NCBI GenBank assembly: GCA_000182565.2
Contig: KQ257456.1
DNA length: 64,000 nt
Source of the DNA: Spizellomyces punctatus DAOM BR117
Taxonomy: Eukaryota
Reading direction: 5' to 3' (one strand)
This document shows positions 34,265 to 49,488 of this stretch, piece after piece. Both the position numbers and the translations under genes were made by a program. How positions within the stretch are numbered: the stretch's first letter is position 1; the number at the start of each line of letters is the position of its first letter. A model generated the notes under the pieces. The model was not told the origin of the DNA and searched no databases. It saw only the letters and a program-made list of their open reading frames with translations.

Positions 34265-36290
34265 ATGGTATTGGACTCTACATTTGGTGGTCGCCGGGAA
34301 TGGCATTTTCTCGTGAGTGGAAGAAGTGGGTCTTGCTTGGGCCAAACCATATGGACCTGGTGAAAAGCGTCAAATCAAGCTGGAATACATTATCTCTCAT
34401 TCTGTATGTGGCCAACCCACGATGCAGTACTCACTTCTTGCAGGTATCGGTTTTTTCTTTGACGTTCCTGATCAAGGCCAACCCGCGCGGCTTCATGCAA
34501 TCACTGATCAACTAGCTCCCACGCAGTGTTAGTCTTCGTGGATGTTTGACACTATGTATGCACCGAATTTCAGATATTAATGTAGGCATACGTAGGACTT
34601 CCCTGTTGTTCCTATGACTTTGAATCTCGGTCTCAGGTGCTTGCCGTGTGAACCCGATACCTGTGGCCAATAGTTTTCGTAGATGGGGAATAATGGCGAT
34701 GGCAGCAAGACCACAAAATAGCGCCTTGATATCCGTCGCATCTGATATGTGTGGCCGCCAATTTCATGTTATTTTAGGTCAGGGCTAGGTTTATAGCACC
34801 AGCGTAGTTTAAGCCTCAAATGTAGTTTGAAGTGGTCGAGGACAGTGTAGTGGGGAACACAATCTTGCGCCGCTGAACTCGCATATACACCCTGGTGGTC
34901 CATGGGGATTCACATGCTCAGAAAGCTGCTATGAGATGCAGCCTTCTGGGTTGAAGTTAAAGGCAAGGGCTGTTTTACGACTTCCGATGTACGCCAAGTT
35001 CATCCTTGCCATCAGAGTTTGTTCACACTTATCGAACACTGGTGATCGCAAGGGATGACTTCCGAAGATCAGTGGAAAAGGCTTCATTACTGAACCTAGT
35101 GAAAACTTTGATCGATGATTCTATTCGAAAGGGTAAGGATCCGTATTTGACAGACTCGTTCTGGTTGGGAATACAGAAATTTGGGTATTGAAGTTATTCC
35201 AGATTCAACCGAGGCTACAAGTACAACCATGATAAAAAATACGTCTACATTGCTTTAGAACAAACCCAGGTGGACACGGGCAAAGGCATACCTCGCTTTG
35301 ATGTTGCAGTACATGTTAAAATCATGAACTTTGAAGGAAAGACGTATGCCGGAATAAAACGTTTTCAATAATAAGGCGGTAAATCGGGCATCAGTTGTAA
35401 TACCGCTGGGTAGTATTCGACCTAGCTTGTCGCGGCTTGATCCGACTACTTGCTTCAGTAGCTCTGAATCCTGGTGAAGAAATTCTCAATAGGACCGCCA
35501 AGTGCGAAGAATGTCGCCAATCAAGTGTGGGCCTATAGGTAACTCGTAAAGGTTGGCACCTATGGAACCTGTAGGAATGATATATCAGTCGGCAGACATG
35601 ATGATGGCAACAATCTAGGCAGGCTATCCTCGCAGATCCTTTCTATGGGGTTCGCCAAAAACATCAACTCTGTCGTGTATGGGCGCGACTTGGCTCCCGT
35701 TTTTGATATACTAGTATATCAGCCCTCGAAAACGTTTTGATTGCCAATCTTCAAAAAAAGGAGATGCAAGACCATTGTTAAACATCGTAGACGCACTCTC
35801 CATTGCATTCGTGATGTATGTGCGTGATGCTTTATTGAAGCGTTACAGACGAAGGTTATCCCCTATCAGTGAGTAAACATGAATACTTCAAGTATTGCAA
35901 ACTATTAATGATTTTATACATAGAGCCGATACGTCAGCTCTTGAGTATCGTGGTCTTTAGCGCAATTCCGACAACATTCAGCTCTTGTTAACATTGCAAA
36001 GGGTGATCGCAAAATAGGCCACCATGCGCGGACATTGCCTTAAATGTTTGCAGCACCATTGGTAGGGAGGTAGACTTTGCCTATCTGGCTGAATATCTTG
36101 GCTTTAAGGAAACCTACCTTCCGCACATCTTCCGACATCTTGCCAAGTCTGGTATTTCCGCTGCAGCAGGTCGATCCATTCCATATCATGCTAGTCTTGC
36201 TGGAGAAGAAAAGGATTCGGAACTTGGTGTGAAAAGAGTATCATTGCTGTTGGCTGAAGTGAAGAACTCATTGGGGCAAATATAGCATGA
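34265..36290 (+). other. Possible fragmented or decayed gene, or a gene with many small exons; product unknown
   Basis: Several short protein-like + strand segments and splice-like signals (gtatgt...ttgcag), but no consistent gene model could be assembled. Confidence 0.25.
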
Positions 36291-36582
36291 CTAACTCTGA
36301 AAAAAGTATTGTGTACAAACAAAAGAGACGGCTCAGTAGTATGCCACATGTGTATATATCAGATATCCCCCTCTTTTTGAATACAGCTATGCAATACCGC
36401 TGGGAACATACTGTGAGATCTGACTGGGAACAGCCCTATAATCACAGGTCAGAAAACTATCTATGAAAGTATAAGGATTTGCCCTGTACGTGACTATACA
36501 TTGTACTCCAATAGAATTGATGCATCAAACATTGCACGCATTAATCAATGAACATTTGGTACTCATTTATTGGTATTTCAAT

Positions 36583-38362
36583 TTACTGTACAGCAGCTAC
36601 AGCTGCATCACTGTCAACCCTAACGCACGGCACATCTGGACGCACAACGGCATTCACCATTTGTGCAGCTTTGACCAATATTTCACGGGACACCTCCTCC
36701 AACTCTGCAGTGGAAGCAGTGGCTGAAGACGGGTTGCTAGTCTCTGCCAGGTTAAGGTAATCTGGATAAGCAACGACAAGGCTGCGTGCTTGCGCGGCCG
36801 TACAGGGAGCAACTGTTACTGGGGTTTCCCACAGAACCGTATGTCCATCAGCAACCTCAATGGTAACGCGAGCCATGTGAGACACTTGGAATGTGCCTTT
36901 TGATAGTTTTGTGGGTCAGGACAGTCAGGAAATGACAACCAAAATCATGACGAAGAACTCACCCCAGGTGCCGGATGGGTTCACCTGCACACTGCTTTGG
37001 ACAATCCCAGTGGTATCTCCCGTAGACATTTTTCGATCAATCTGCGCTTTTCCGTTCATTTTGCTCCCCGGTGTAGGCAAAGCTGGACTCATTGTCGGAA
37101 GCTGAATCTTCAGTTCATGCCCGTGTTCCAAATTTTCTCCATCAATATCAATGCCGAAAATTTCGACCATTCCACCGCCAACGTCACGATCGATCAAGGT
37201 CGAATCCTTACTACGACGACGAAGCTTCAAGTCAAAACCGCCGCGGTGAGGAGCTACTGCGGCGGCTGCCGGCGTGTGTGCCACTTGATAGGTTTGGATT
37301 GAAGCTTCTTCAAAAAGTTTAAAGGTGGCCCGTCGGATAAAAGGCGCTGGGGCTAAGCGTTTGTTGGAAGTCCGCATAGCTGCAGCTTGAGTAGTAGGCT
37401 CAGATGCAGTAGGGTTTGCCCCACCATCGTTGCGTGGGTGAAGTGCAGCTTTCAAAAAGACCGTAGTGAATTCATTAGGAGAAAAAATCTGAGACCCGAG
37501 GCTGATGGACCAGTCGAGCTCTTCTGTAGATCCACTCCAGGTTTGCGGTTGAGGGTTTAGAAGCTGGAAACCCATCGTTACAAGGTTAAAATACTGGAAC
37601 AAGCAAATGCAAGGGGAATGGATAGCTGTCAATCATTACCTTTTTAACCTGGCCGACATCGTAGAAAGGCACAGGCACATCGTACTCCATTTTCACATTT
37701 CTGGCATCCAAGACGTTTTTAAATCCATGCGGACGGCCTTGTACATCGACACGCAAACGGTAGCGGGAAAATGCATTGTATCTATAATTGGATTGATATT
37801 AAAATCCATCGGAAAATCGCGAAATTAACTATACTTTTACTTTACCTTCCGCGTTCGACTTCACAGGTAGGAGGCAACGCTGAACCAAATTCAAAACGGA
37901 AAGGTAAATCGACGGGTTCACCTTCTTTGATGACAACGCCATTAGCTCCATGCGTAGTCTGAGGAATTATTTCCAGATCTTTGTTCTGAGTAAACGATAG
38001 ACAATGGTATTCAATAACTAAATGCTTTTACAATCCAAGATAAATGATCGGTTCCGTCTTACCAAATGCACAATTCCATTCCACTTTGCATCTCGACTTC
38101 CCGAACTACCTAAAGCAGCCAGCAAATCGCTCTCGCTCCTCGTTCCGACGAACGTGCCGACAGCGACATTCAGAGTAATTTTAATGCTGGTAGCAGTGAA
38201 AGACGCCTTATGCTTTCCTTCCGCTTTGGAGTCGGGGATGTGGTCGGGATGGGATCCAGCAACAAGACGCACAACGCCTTCGATGGCCCACGAGCCAACG
38301 TTATTGTACCCCGTCACAAGGGAGGGTGATGGGACGAGTGGGTGAATCGAAATGGCCACCAT
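36583..38362 (-). CDS. Arrestin-fold-like protein (multi-exon)
   Basis: MVAISIHP...IEGVVRL...SIKITL, FRFEFGSALPPT and a C-terminal VTIEV...ETPVTV beta-strand pattern resemble arrestin N and C domains. Confidence 0.5.
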
Positions 38363-39804
38363 TCTGAATGAATATTTCAAAGTCGTATGTGTTCTGAATT
38401 CGAGCGAGACCGTCTTATATATCTTTTTATCGCGGAGTTTCTGATTACATGACGCGCTTTGGCAAGTTCGAGGTTTTGGATGTCGTCATTTTCCAAGGAT
38501 CAAAGCCTCACATGCATCGTTTAATCACAATGAACCCCTAAGCTCGTTATTGGAATTTCAAGGGTCGAGATGTCAAGGAGAAACGCATGCAGCAGACAAG
38601 AGATACAATGGTTACAATTTGCAATATGCTTCCTTAACAGAGGAAGAATATCTTGAAAAGAAAAACAGAGGCATCTCGGAATACAGTAGACATGAGCAAG
38701 TCCATCCATTTCTAAATGCGTAGGCAGAATCAGTACATACATGTTACATCAAAAAAGCCATGTTTTTACATCAAAGGAACAGTAGCCTATATAAATGTAT
38801 ACACTCGATTATAGTTATCTGGACGCAATGTCCGTCGCGGAGTGCGATGAAATGAGGGTAGAAATAACGATGACTTCGTTGAACAAGCAAGGATAAATAC
38901 AATCAAACTGTTATCTACTGCCTTATGCATGATTCTGACATGACCCCTATGCGACAGATTTTTGTACATTCGATACCGATTAGCAACTAGCTCGCATCAT
39001 GAAATATGTAACTCAAGCAAACGCAATCACCCAAAGATGTACAAATCATATCGCAGTTATAATTATAGGACATATACACCCTTACGGATCCTAATGGAAC
39101 GTCTGAATATAAACATCTGTAAAGATATTTGATAACTATCCAGAAGGACACACACACATTGACCTCCACGTACCGGGTTACATGGACCTAAGTATCACAT
39201 TGAATTCATCACGGTTGTCAAGAAGATATTAGAATGCTTTTGTCACAAATGTGCCCCAATCCGTTCGTTGCCTAAAGACAACCATTACAAAGTCCAAGTC
39301 CGTCTGCAAAGATTCCAATGGGAAAACAAGCTGCGAATATCTTACCAGGATGAAGCTTCCTTATGGTCGTCTGGGCAGAAGCGGGGGTGACATTATTTGT
39401 TTGGCGAGGTCATTTTCCTTTGCATCGTAGAACCGTCGATTTTTTGGTGACGTAGCAGTTCCGGTGACAGCTTTTCTTATGGTCGCTGACAGGAACTTTC
39501 TCTTCCACATTTCTTACACAGAAGAAACCTGTAGTCTACTACCGAGCATACTTGGATATTTACAAGGACTAGAGTCCAGTCAGCCTCAATCGAAAAACTT
39601 TCCTTGAGTGATCAGGCACGTCGCTATAAAATTACGTTCTCATGTTACTTTTGCAAAGAGTAAACTAGAAGCAAAGCTAGTCGCTGCAATGACGGCGACG
39701 TTCCTTTCCAGCATGTATATGCTCATAGGTCTGTCCTCAAGCGCGAAGGAGAACCTTTTGATACAGAAATTGAGACAACACGAATACTTTATTTACTAAT
39801 ACGT

Positions 39805-42800
39805 CTATTCTACATCTAACCGCCTCTGGTCATGCTGCGCCGCAATTTCCCGCAACAGTTGGGCATTCGCCGCACCCGTTGCATCCACCAATTGTGAAAA
39901 CAGGGATTCTGGTCGTGCCAGCAAGTTGTGTGGGCTATCAAATTCAGCTCTACATCCATTGTCCAGGACCAACACGCGATCAAAGTCGGCGATGGTATTG
40001 AGCCGATGTGCAATGCTCAGTACTGTAGCGTTGGCAAAGTGGGTTTTAATGGAGCGTTGAATCAGTTGGTCGGCTTGGGCGTCAACAGAAGCAGTCGCTT
40101 CATCCTATTCGAAAAGTTAGATACACGCAATAAAGTAGTTCTAGCATTCTTTTCAATCTTACCATGACCAAAATGATCGGCTTCATGAGAATTGCACGAC
40201 CGAGGCATATCAACTGTCGTTGCCCGACCGATAAATTCTCGCCGTTTTCTGTTACAGGAGACTCGAGTTTATCTGGCAACGAGGATACGTAAGTTTTTAG
40301 GTTGATACGTTCCAGCGTCTCCCAGATCTCAGCGTCAGAGAATTGATTTTCAACATCTAGGTTGCTGCGGATGGTGCCCGTGAACAAGACGGGTTCTTGG
40401 GGAATTATTTGCATGCGGCTACGGAGGGTTTTGAGCCCGAGTTTGGCGATATCTGGAGCAATTGATCAGTCAAGCGGGTTCAGCGAAGAACCAGGCAGTA
40501 TTATCATCATACCTTGTCCATCTATTGAAATTGACCCTTTCGATAGCTCCACAACTCTGAACAGGGCGGTCAACAAGGTTGATTTTCCAGAGCCCGTTCG
40601 ACCCACAATTCCAATCTTCTCTCCTGGCGAAATCTCTAGCGAAAGGTCGCGGATGACTGGATGCTCGGGTCGCGAAGGGTATCGAAGCTCAATGTCGCGA
40701 ATGGCTATCTCGCCGCCTTTTGGCCAAGCCTCGCATGGTGGATCGCTGTCCTTGATTGCGGGCGCTTCTTCCGGAAGCTCCGTCGCGTATTCTTGCAGAC
40801 GCTCGACAGAGTTAAGCTGATAAAAATGGTGTGAGAATGTGCCAAAAAATACAGCTTGCACGCATTAAACGTACATTGGATTCCAGCAATGCAAAAGAAC
40901 GAAGGATCATGTTGATATACTGGGTTAATGGAACTGCATAGGTAAAGGCCAAGCCGATTAAAGTGCCTGCAACTACTTTTGTCACACCGAGCATAGCGAG
41001 AATGAAAACAATCAAGGAGGTGAATAATTCTAGGCGTATAGTAATCCATAGCTGGGCGATCATCATTAGGAAATATGGCGCATTACTCAAGTCCATGAGC
41101 ATTCGTTGACGCTTGACGAAGCGTTCCTCGGCTTTATACGCTCGAATGGTTGGAATACCAGTGAGCGATTCGCTTATTTGTGAGAATAGCGGCGATCGCT
41201 GGTTGCTGTCAAGGCGCTTCAGTTCACGGAAGGAAGATCGGTAAAAACGGAGAATGTAGTAATAGAGGGCAGAAATAGGGGTGAAGAAAACTAAAAAGTA
41301 GAGCAAACATTAGGAATGGTGTGTATGGCAGGAAGGATGACTGACTGCGACGTACGGAGCATATATGGTGAGACAACGCTAAGCAAGACGATGGTTCCCA
41401 AAATGTGGGCAATGCTGATGAGTGTCAAGAGAACATCCGCCCACAATCGCCGGTCAATAGCATCCACATCTTTTGAAAAGCGGTTCAATATTCGCCCCAC
41501 AGGCTGACTATCGAAGAAGCCCATCGGTGCCTGAAGCAAGCGCTTGAAAGCGGCTCGGTGAATCTTCTTCGCTACCTTGTAATTTCCGTAAAACAAAATA
41601 GCGTTCACGCTGACTGGAAGGGGACCAGAAGTTATGATTGTAGCTAAAAATCACAATGTAAAGAAGAAACGAGACATACCTGTCATTATTGCCAATGCCG
41701 CACCGAGAAGTCCATATCCCAGCAGATACCCATCGGATTCCCACGCAAACTTCCTTTCTGCCCACCATGTCAACCAATAGTTGGTCATAATGGATGAGAG
41801 CTGCAGCAGAGCGAGCATCGCAATGGTTGCGCCAGCCCACCACCCGCCGCCGGCCGCCACGATATATGCCTTGTACGTTTTCCACCGGATCGCACCAATG
41901 ACGCGATCTTCCGCTACAATCAAGCCGCCTGCTTCTTTTCTGCTCTCGCTGCTGGCGTCCTTCACCTCAGTTACTTTATTTGACTCTTCCTCTTCTTCGG
42001 ACGTGTCATCCAACTGGTAATCTTTCATCATCTCCGTAAAGTGACCACCGGATGCAACTAGCCCTTCGAACGTGCCCTGCTCCACTACGACTCCGTCTTC
42101 CAGAACGATGATCTTATCGACGTTTTGGAGAAGATGCAAATGATGCGTGACCAGCACGCGGGTTTTACCGGCAAGTGCGCCTTTTATGCAATCAATATAC
42201 ACGGCTTGACCGACCTGAGCGTCCAAGGCGCTGATGGGATCGTCGAGGAGATAGATATCGCAATTTTCGTAGACAGCGCGAGCTATTTTGATTTAACATG
42301 AGTATCGAAGATATCGGGGAACCGCTAGACCCTGTGGCACTAGTACTTACCTAAAGCCACTCGGGCCTTTTGTCCGCCACTCAAGTTGACTCCTTTCTCT
42401 CCAATTTCGGTATCGATTCCGGTAGGGAGTTGATGAAGGTCGGCTTCAAGCCCGCATACCTGGACTACATTTTGCAGGCGCTTTTCGTCATATGGCTGAC
42501 CAAATAGAATGTTGGCTTTCAGGGTTTCGGTTTGGATCCACGGCTGCTGGGTACAATATGCGACTGTTCCTCGGACATGTACCTACAGGAAGACACGAAA
42601 AAATAAGGAATCGGTTGTTTACAAATACAGCGGGTTGTAGACTGCGTCAATTTACCTTGCCATCGAGCTTTGACATTTCTCCTATAATCGCTGACAGCAA
42701 AGAACTCTTTCCTGAGCCTACCGAACCGACGACAGCCGTCAAAGATCCTCGTTCGATCGTGAGGTTCAGGTTCCGGAAGAGTGGTAGGGTTTCTGTGGGC

Positions 42801-44701
42801 TGATCGTCCGTTGATGACTTCGACTCTGGGGGCACCAAGGTCATTGAACTGTCGGCTGGTTCGAGGTCGCCATGATTTGGTGAAGCATCTCTTTCTTTTG
42901 TGTCCTGCCTCTTTTTGCTCCTCTTTGACCCTTTCTTCTTTGCCTCATCTACCTTTACAGTTTCCCACTTGAACGTCGCATCAGATATCGTGACGGCTTC
43001 CGGGTGATCACCACCATTAGAGCTGATAGGCGCAATCGCTAAAGGTTGTGTTTCCGAAGTGACAAGGTACTCTGCGACACGGCCCCAAGAAACTATTGCC
43101 ATTATAAGATTGCTACAGGTATGTTGATGTTAGGAAACACACCATATGGAGCCAAAACTTTATAGCACAGAACTCACGTCGCACTCTGCGGAAGGTCCAA
43201 CATCGGTGCAAATAGTATATTGAACAGAATGAGGGCAGGAAAGACCACTGTGGGATCCAAAAAGCCGTTCACAGAGCTGTACACCACAAAGGCCACGATG
43301 GGCATGATGATGGGCGTCAGCTGTCCAATGGATATGAATCCGAGGAACGAAACGTAATTGCCCTTCAGAGCAGCGACCTGTCTCTCGCGCAATGCAGAAA
43401 CCTTTTTCAAAAAGAAGTCCTCCCAGGCTCGGAGCTTGATAATCTTGATAGCTGTTAAACACTTTAGCAATCCACGTATGTACCAGCGTTCAATAAGCAG
43501 GTTAGGCAGAGACATACCATATAAAGACTCCCTAACACCCTTTAGGCGAGCATCGCCTGCTGCCAAAATTTTAACTTGATACTTTTTGGAAAAGATCATA
43601 GCGGGTATCTGCAACAGGAACAGGCCTATCATGGCTCCGACCCCAGCCCACACTGTTGCCCCCAATAGACGAACGAGAAGAATGATGGCCACAGCGATTT
43701 GGATTGGTGATGTAATGAGCATGTTCATGAAAAACAAGTTAAAGCTGATGGTTTCAGCATCCACGTTGATCATATTCATAATCTTTCCCTGCGAAAATTT
43801 CTGTAACAATCAAGGGAACCAAAAGTTAGCATACATCCCAGCAAATGTGAGCACAGGTCCACAGGTTTTGAGGTCCCAGAACGTACCTGTGCAGACTGCC
43901 CACTCAACCGCAGGCTCTTCTCATAGATAGCGCCGATTAAGACGGTTCTTACGTCCATCATTACTGTTCTCACGAGTTGTTCAGATACGACACGACATAG
44001 AGTTGTGGATACTTGAAGCCCCAGAACGCAGAAGGCAATGCCTATTCCACTATGGATCCATAGATCTTCGCGCCGAGAAGATTCAACCGGCTGTACGTAA
44101 AGAAGGAGCTGTTGGATAAAAATGGGGATTGCAAGCTCACTGCACACTGAGAGGACAGCAAAAGTGACGGATATGAACCTAAGTGGAAAGTTGTAAAGTT
44201 TGAGAGGAATGGACAATCTTTTCATCATAACTGCGAGTCGCACATACCAAGGGAGGAAGAAGGCCTTTAGCATAAACCTGAATGGATGTGGACTTGGTTT
44301 GGTTTTGTCGTCCAAATATGTAGCCAAGGCATGCCAAAATGGTTCCAAAACATGAGATACAACGCTCGCTTGGTTCTTTTTGTTGACATTGTAAAGATCC
44401 TGTCAATGCTCGCATTGTTAGCAATTTACGTTAACCGAGAACAAAATATTACAGTGCAACTCACCTCTGGTTGGAGAGCCTTACGGTACCCCAGCTTCAT
44501 TAAAGGAGTAAGCCATGTCATAAAAGCTTTATCAAAAATATTGGACGGATTCTATGGATGTCCGTCAATACATTAACCGAACGTCTTTTTGTAAATAACA
44601 TTATATCCTACAATTTCTTTCTGTGTATTATCATCAACATTAACTTCTTCCACCTTGAAACCCTTCTCCACCGGATGCGTTTGCTCATTGTAGCCTGCCA
44701 T
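39805..44701 (-). CDS. ABCC/MRP-family ABC transporter (Yor1-like, TMD-NBD-TMD-NBD)
   Basis: Walker A motifs [11 protein letters not shown] and GRTGSGKS; signatures LSGGQK and [39 protein letters not shown]. Probable ATG at 44701. Confidence 0.95.
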
Positions 44702-45453
44702 GATAATACGTGGCCGCCTATTGAAATATCCACCAGGATTGTTGTCCAAGGCGGTCTTTTAAAAAGGAGCTTAAGAAACCCCATGTTCGCCAGGTCATCT
44801 AAATAAAAGGTCGTGGGGAGGTGGAGAGGTCACTTTGTCTTGCTGGCCCATGGTTGTCTAACAAAGTTGCCATAATTTTCATAAGTTGTCCGCTTCCGCG
44901 CGTCTATTATTGAAGCTGACTGGCCATGAAACTGGGAAAAAGGTCACGAAAATTAAGGTGCAGAAAGTGTTCCTTTTCATTTTGTGCAATCTGATCATAA
45001 AGTGCAAGAAAAACTGTTGAACAACGTTAAGCAAAAAGCGTTGTCCACGTCACGGAAAATTGCTGATCGGCCGTGGTGAAGGAGGAGTGTCAAAAGAAAG
45101 ATAGTTGACAGATAGTGAGTGCACAGAGGGGGGGCCACTAGCACGTCAGTTTGTGCGTTCGTCCTTTGGATTCTTCCACCAAGCAGGCAGCTCAAGATTG
45201 TGGGTTCGGACTACTGCACGCTGGTGCATTCTTGATGGAACAATTGACAATTGCCCAAACAATCCATTAAATAAAAAAATGAGTAAATCCTTTTGGGTTG
45301 ATCTTTTAGGTTTTTTACGTTTTTCGCGCCGCTTTGAATCTGTGGGCTACTCCTTTGAATGGCCATTGACGAACAAGAACATTGGGTATAGATCTAGTTT
45401 TTGAGTGCAGATAAATTGAGAATGTTCTATATGCTTAAATATACAGTATTGAA

Positions 45454-48400
45454 TCAACCCATCACAAGCTCGTCCAAAGATGTTTCCTTAAAGTCTATGA
45501 CCCATTTATCTATATTCTCCCTGTTAATTGCTTCAGTTTCATCCATATTCGGCACCATACCCAAGGATTCTCGCATCGCTTGCGCTGATGCTCCGGGTGC
45601 AGTGGTCGCAACAGTGATGCGACTATACGGTGAAATTAGATATTTGCCTCATATACTGTCATGCAAACCCATTATACTCACCGGTCTACGTCAAAAAATC
45701 GCATGAAATAGTCTGCGTAAACCCTACGCAAGTCATCCCGGGTAACAGCATAGAGTCTTTGATGGAAGGCTTCCTCTTCCTCAAGCGTTTTGAAACCCTA
45801 TCCACAGATCTAGTTAGTACTTGTACTTGTACCAACAATGGAATCAAAAGACAAGGGAATGCATACCCTAAGGACCGCCCGTAAAGCGGAGACAACTACA
45901 CCTCCACTCGTAGCTCTTGATGAAGCTGCCTTGTACGCAACTGAGGCCCTTGCAGTCTCGAGGTGAAACTGGCTACAAATGTCATCAAATCCAACCGGTG
46001 TTCCCAGTTTCGTCAAAATACTATAGAATGCAAGGAGTGCACGCCGTGGCTCTGAGGATTCGTAGAGCTCAAAAGACAGTTGACCCGTCCAAAGTGAAAT
46101 GTGAACAGATGCGTCATATGCGTATCTAAACGAGGTGGCGGTGATTAGTGGCCGTCGTATAAAAGAGTTACGGGCGCCGTTTTACCCTTTTCCACGGATG
46201 GCAGTGTATAATGGTCCTTCCAACCGGGTCAAAAGCTCAGCCAACAGTGTCACTGAGACAGTCCCATAAAATTAACACAATCAAATGCGTGCATAAAATA
46301 GAAGGATACTGATATCACACATACCAGCAAAGTAGTCAGGATGAGGATGAGGTTGCAGTACGTCGCAAGGTACGATCTGCGAGAAGAAGGTAGTATTGAC
46401 GCCAGGTATTGGAACAAGCACAGCGTTTCCAAACGTTCGGTCTGCCAACGCAGCGTCATATGCTTTGCGAGGAAAGGGAAAAGCAGATTGGGTCTCCGGA
46501 GCAGTGGATACCCCATTCTCCCGCTTTGAAGCCTTGCTAGACACCAGTGCTGAGTGCTTTTGCACCTCCTCGTCCCAGATCTGTGCGACTTCCCTGACAA
46601 GGGCATCAGCACCTCGTGCGTTGGCGACGGGAACCGCAATTTGCGTAAACCCTGGGCCTTTGGCGACGCCCGCCTTGAGCAGGCACTCTTTTACTTTGCC
46701 CAGCCCTTCCAAAACAACGTCCACCTTGCCTTCCTTGCAGTTTCGGACCACGTCCTTTAAAAACCCTTCCTGCCTAAAAATACTAATGGCACCGTCGTTC
46801 CTTTGCGCATTCTTAGCCTTTGATCCAACGGGCATTGTAATTCTTCCCGATACGGCCGCCAACATGTCTGGTCCATCGCGTTTGACTTCAACAATCTCAC
46901 TGAGCAAATTCTTAGCGGTCGTCAAAACTCGCTCCTCGGTGAACGTCGCAAAAATTAGCGCCTGGCATAAGAACCTGATCATATGCTCCCATTTCGAATT
47001 TTCGGCACTTGCGGAAATCATAAACACCTCGCTCAGCCAGCTAGCGCTCCAGAGGTCATTCCCGAATCCAAGGGCAGCCTCGTAAGAAACGAAAAGATCG
47101 GCCGATTTGCGGACCACTTCTCTATAATCCATCGTAATGCTTTCTCCTTTAGGTCCTGGAAGAACCAACGGCGTCTGGAAAATAAGCTCTTGAAACAGGA
47201 CCAAATATGGGCGCAAGTCATCTGGCAGGTCATTTGTATTAAATGCCAACCTCAGGTGAACAAACACAGTTTCGGTTTGGACCACCTGGCAAGTCTCAAA
47301 TGGTCTTGATGTCCCACCCGGTGAATTCGGAAACAGGAGGATTTCCATCTCGCCTTTCAACCGGGCGGCTTTGGTAACGTCTGGAACCGGGGGCATTTTG
47401 ACAACCAATTCCTCCGGAAGGTTCACTTTGTTCTCGTTCACAGCTGCTTCCACCTTTGCCTTTAATATCTCCAGTCCTGCTGGTCCAATTGCCTCCACCC
47501 GTTCCCTCTGCTCCTCTGCCTCCCTGCGAGAGTGCTCTTCAGCCAACTCACGATCGGGTATCATTTTCACTTCAACCATCGGAGCATCGATCAACCATCG
47601 ACGTGCCAGGTCCGACCAAAAACTCATAGGCATAGCACCAAGTTCATTCACAATAGACAAAATCTTCGCGCGCGTACCGATGACAGGGACACCACCTTCT
47701 GCTCTAGTGTCGTTTAAAGTTGATCCTGATGCAAGGAAATGTCTGACCACATCAGATACAAGATACATTGCGACAGAGTCATGCGGCTCTTCCTCCAGTG
47801 CTTCCAGGATCTTCCGACGATGTCGTTCTAGACTGGAACACATAGCGTCGGGAACTGACAACTTTGTCTCAACAACGTCTTTCAGCACGTTCATAACGAG
47901 TCCATGATATACTCCAGATTCGAAAAGGTCCGTCCGTGGGGCATGCTCCTCATCCTCGACAACAGAGTTTTCCTCCGAGTCCTCCTCGCTATAGTCAGAA
48001 TCATCTTCCTCAGATTCGTCAATGTCCATCGCATGTGCTTCGTTATCCCCATCCGTTTTGCAAGGCACTCCACTAAACACCAGTTCAATCGCCGTGTTGA
48101 CATACCCTCTCAGCTCAAAATCAACCTGAGAGGCAAATGGATCACTTCGCTCCACAAACGCCTGCGCGAACGGCGATGCTGAGGTCTCTTGCAGAAACCG
48201 GAAGAGGACATCCAAGGCTACAATTGTGAATATGTCCTCTGATGGTGGACCTCTCCATCCTGGAAAGGTTGCAATCGCAGCGGGTCATTCATAAAGATCA
48301 TAGGTTTACAGAACCCATACCAGACTTACCGTAAGCAATGGATCCCACTTCCTCATCTGAAGAAGGAAATCTGACCGTCTCCGTAATCAGATCTCCTGGT

Positions 48401-49188
48401 TTGCCTGGCAGAGGAGGGACGACAATGACGGGCATTTGCGCGGTTCCCTTTGGAACACCCGTCATACTATCCAGCAATCCAGGCATACTAGCGATCTTAT
48501 CAAACACTGCCTCAGGTTGCACTTGTCCACAGATAATAGCAGTCAAATTGTCAATATGGTAGTAACGTCTATGGTAATCAATGATCTGGTCATTGTTCAG
48601 TAGCTTAATATCCTTGGTTAACCCCCCGCATTCCCGCGAATAGGTAGTCTGATTCTGAAACAATAAACGCCGTAGAGCAAGATCTAGCATATCAGACTCT
48701 GTGTTCTCCCGACCAGCCATTTCGCAGTACACGACTCCTTGATGCTTTGCCTCCCCATCCAAATGATAGACTTCAGTGACAAACTGTGCGTCTCTCAACG
48801 TTGGGTAAAGAATGTGTTCTAGAAACACTGGCAAAACTTCCAACATTCCTTCTGACCCCGCTGTGGTGATAGTGTATGCCGTGTGGTCTTCGGAAGTATA
48901 AGCGTTGGTTCCTGTACTCAAACACCTCGTCGCCAGAGAGTCCAAATAACCTCGGTGAGGAATTCCTCGAGACCCGCAAAAGACTAAATGCTCCAAAGTA
49001 TGTGCCAGTCCTTCGTCGCCCTCTCCTAATGTTGGAACCACAATGGCGGCGGAACATAGCGGGCCAGGAATGGAACAGAATACCAGTCGAAATGCTGAGT
49101 TTATATGCTTATATGTTGTGATCGTTGTCGGCGATGCTGGGAGGGGGAATGGAACGGTGGATTCTAACTGGAAAAGTGGACGAGACAT
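45454..49188 (-). CDS. M16C insulinase-family metallopeptidase (Sdd3/YOL098C-like)
   Basis: Inverted zinc motif GLAHTLEHLVFCGS; GTNAYTSEDHTAY; GVVYCEM. C-terminal exons EGPLYTAIRGKG|YAY continue to a stop at 45454. Confidence 0.9.
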
Positions 49189-49488
49189 GCTTCGGACCCA
49201 GTGATGACGTGCGTGGTTATAAGGAAATTGCTTAAAAGAAAGGCTCGATAAAATAGATCTCATTAGCAGACCGTGTCAAGGCCGAGGAGGCCGTGTAGTT
49301 CATTAATGTCACCATGGAAATTAGGCCATGGCAGCCACGCCCAATTTCGTCTTAAGGTCTAAATGCAACAGATAAGTGAACCGTAGCGTCAAATGATGGA
49401 TATTACATAGAGCATCAAAAAAATAATCGTATCAGAAGCCTCGCTCGAACCCGGAAAATACAAAAACTTGCTACAAAAGGGTCTAATA

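Noticed and set aside
38400-39800. Longer AT-rich intergenic stretch as a mobile element
   Set aside because: No terminal repeats, target-site duplication or transposase/RT motifs seen.
45454-46250. Separate small gene downstream of the M16 peptidase ORF
   Set aside because: The fragments splice in frame as the peptidase's C-terminal exons.
46300-46312. GTATCCTT (U12-type donor) on the - strand
   Set aside because: It lies inside an intron that already starts with a canonical GTATGT giving the correct reading frame.
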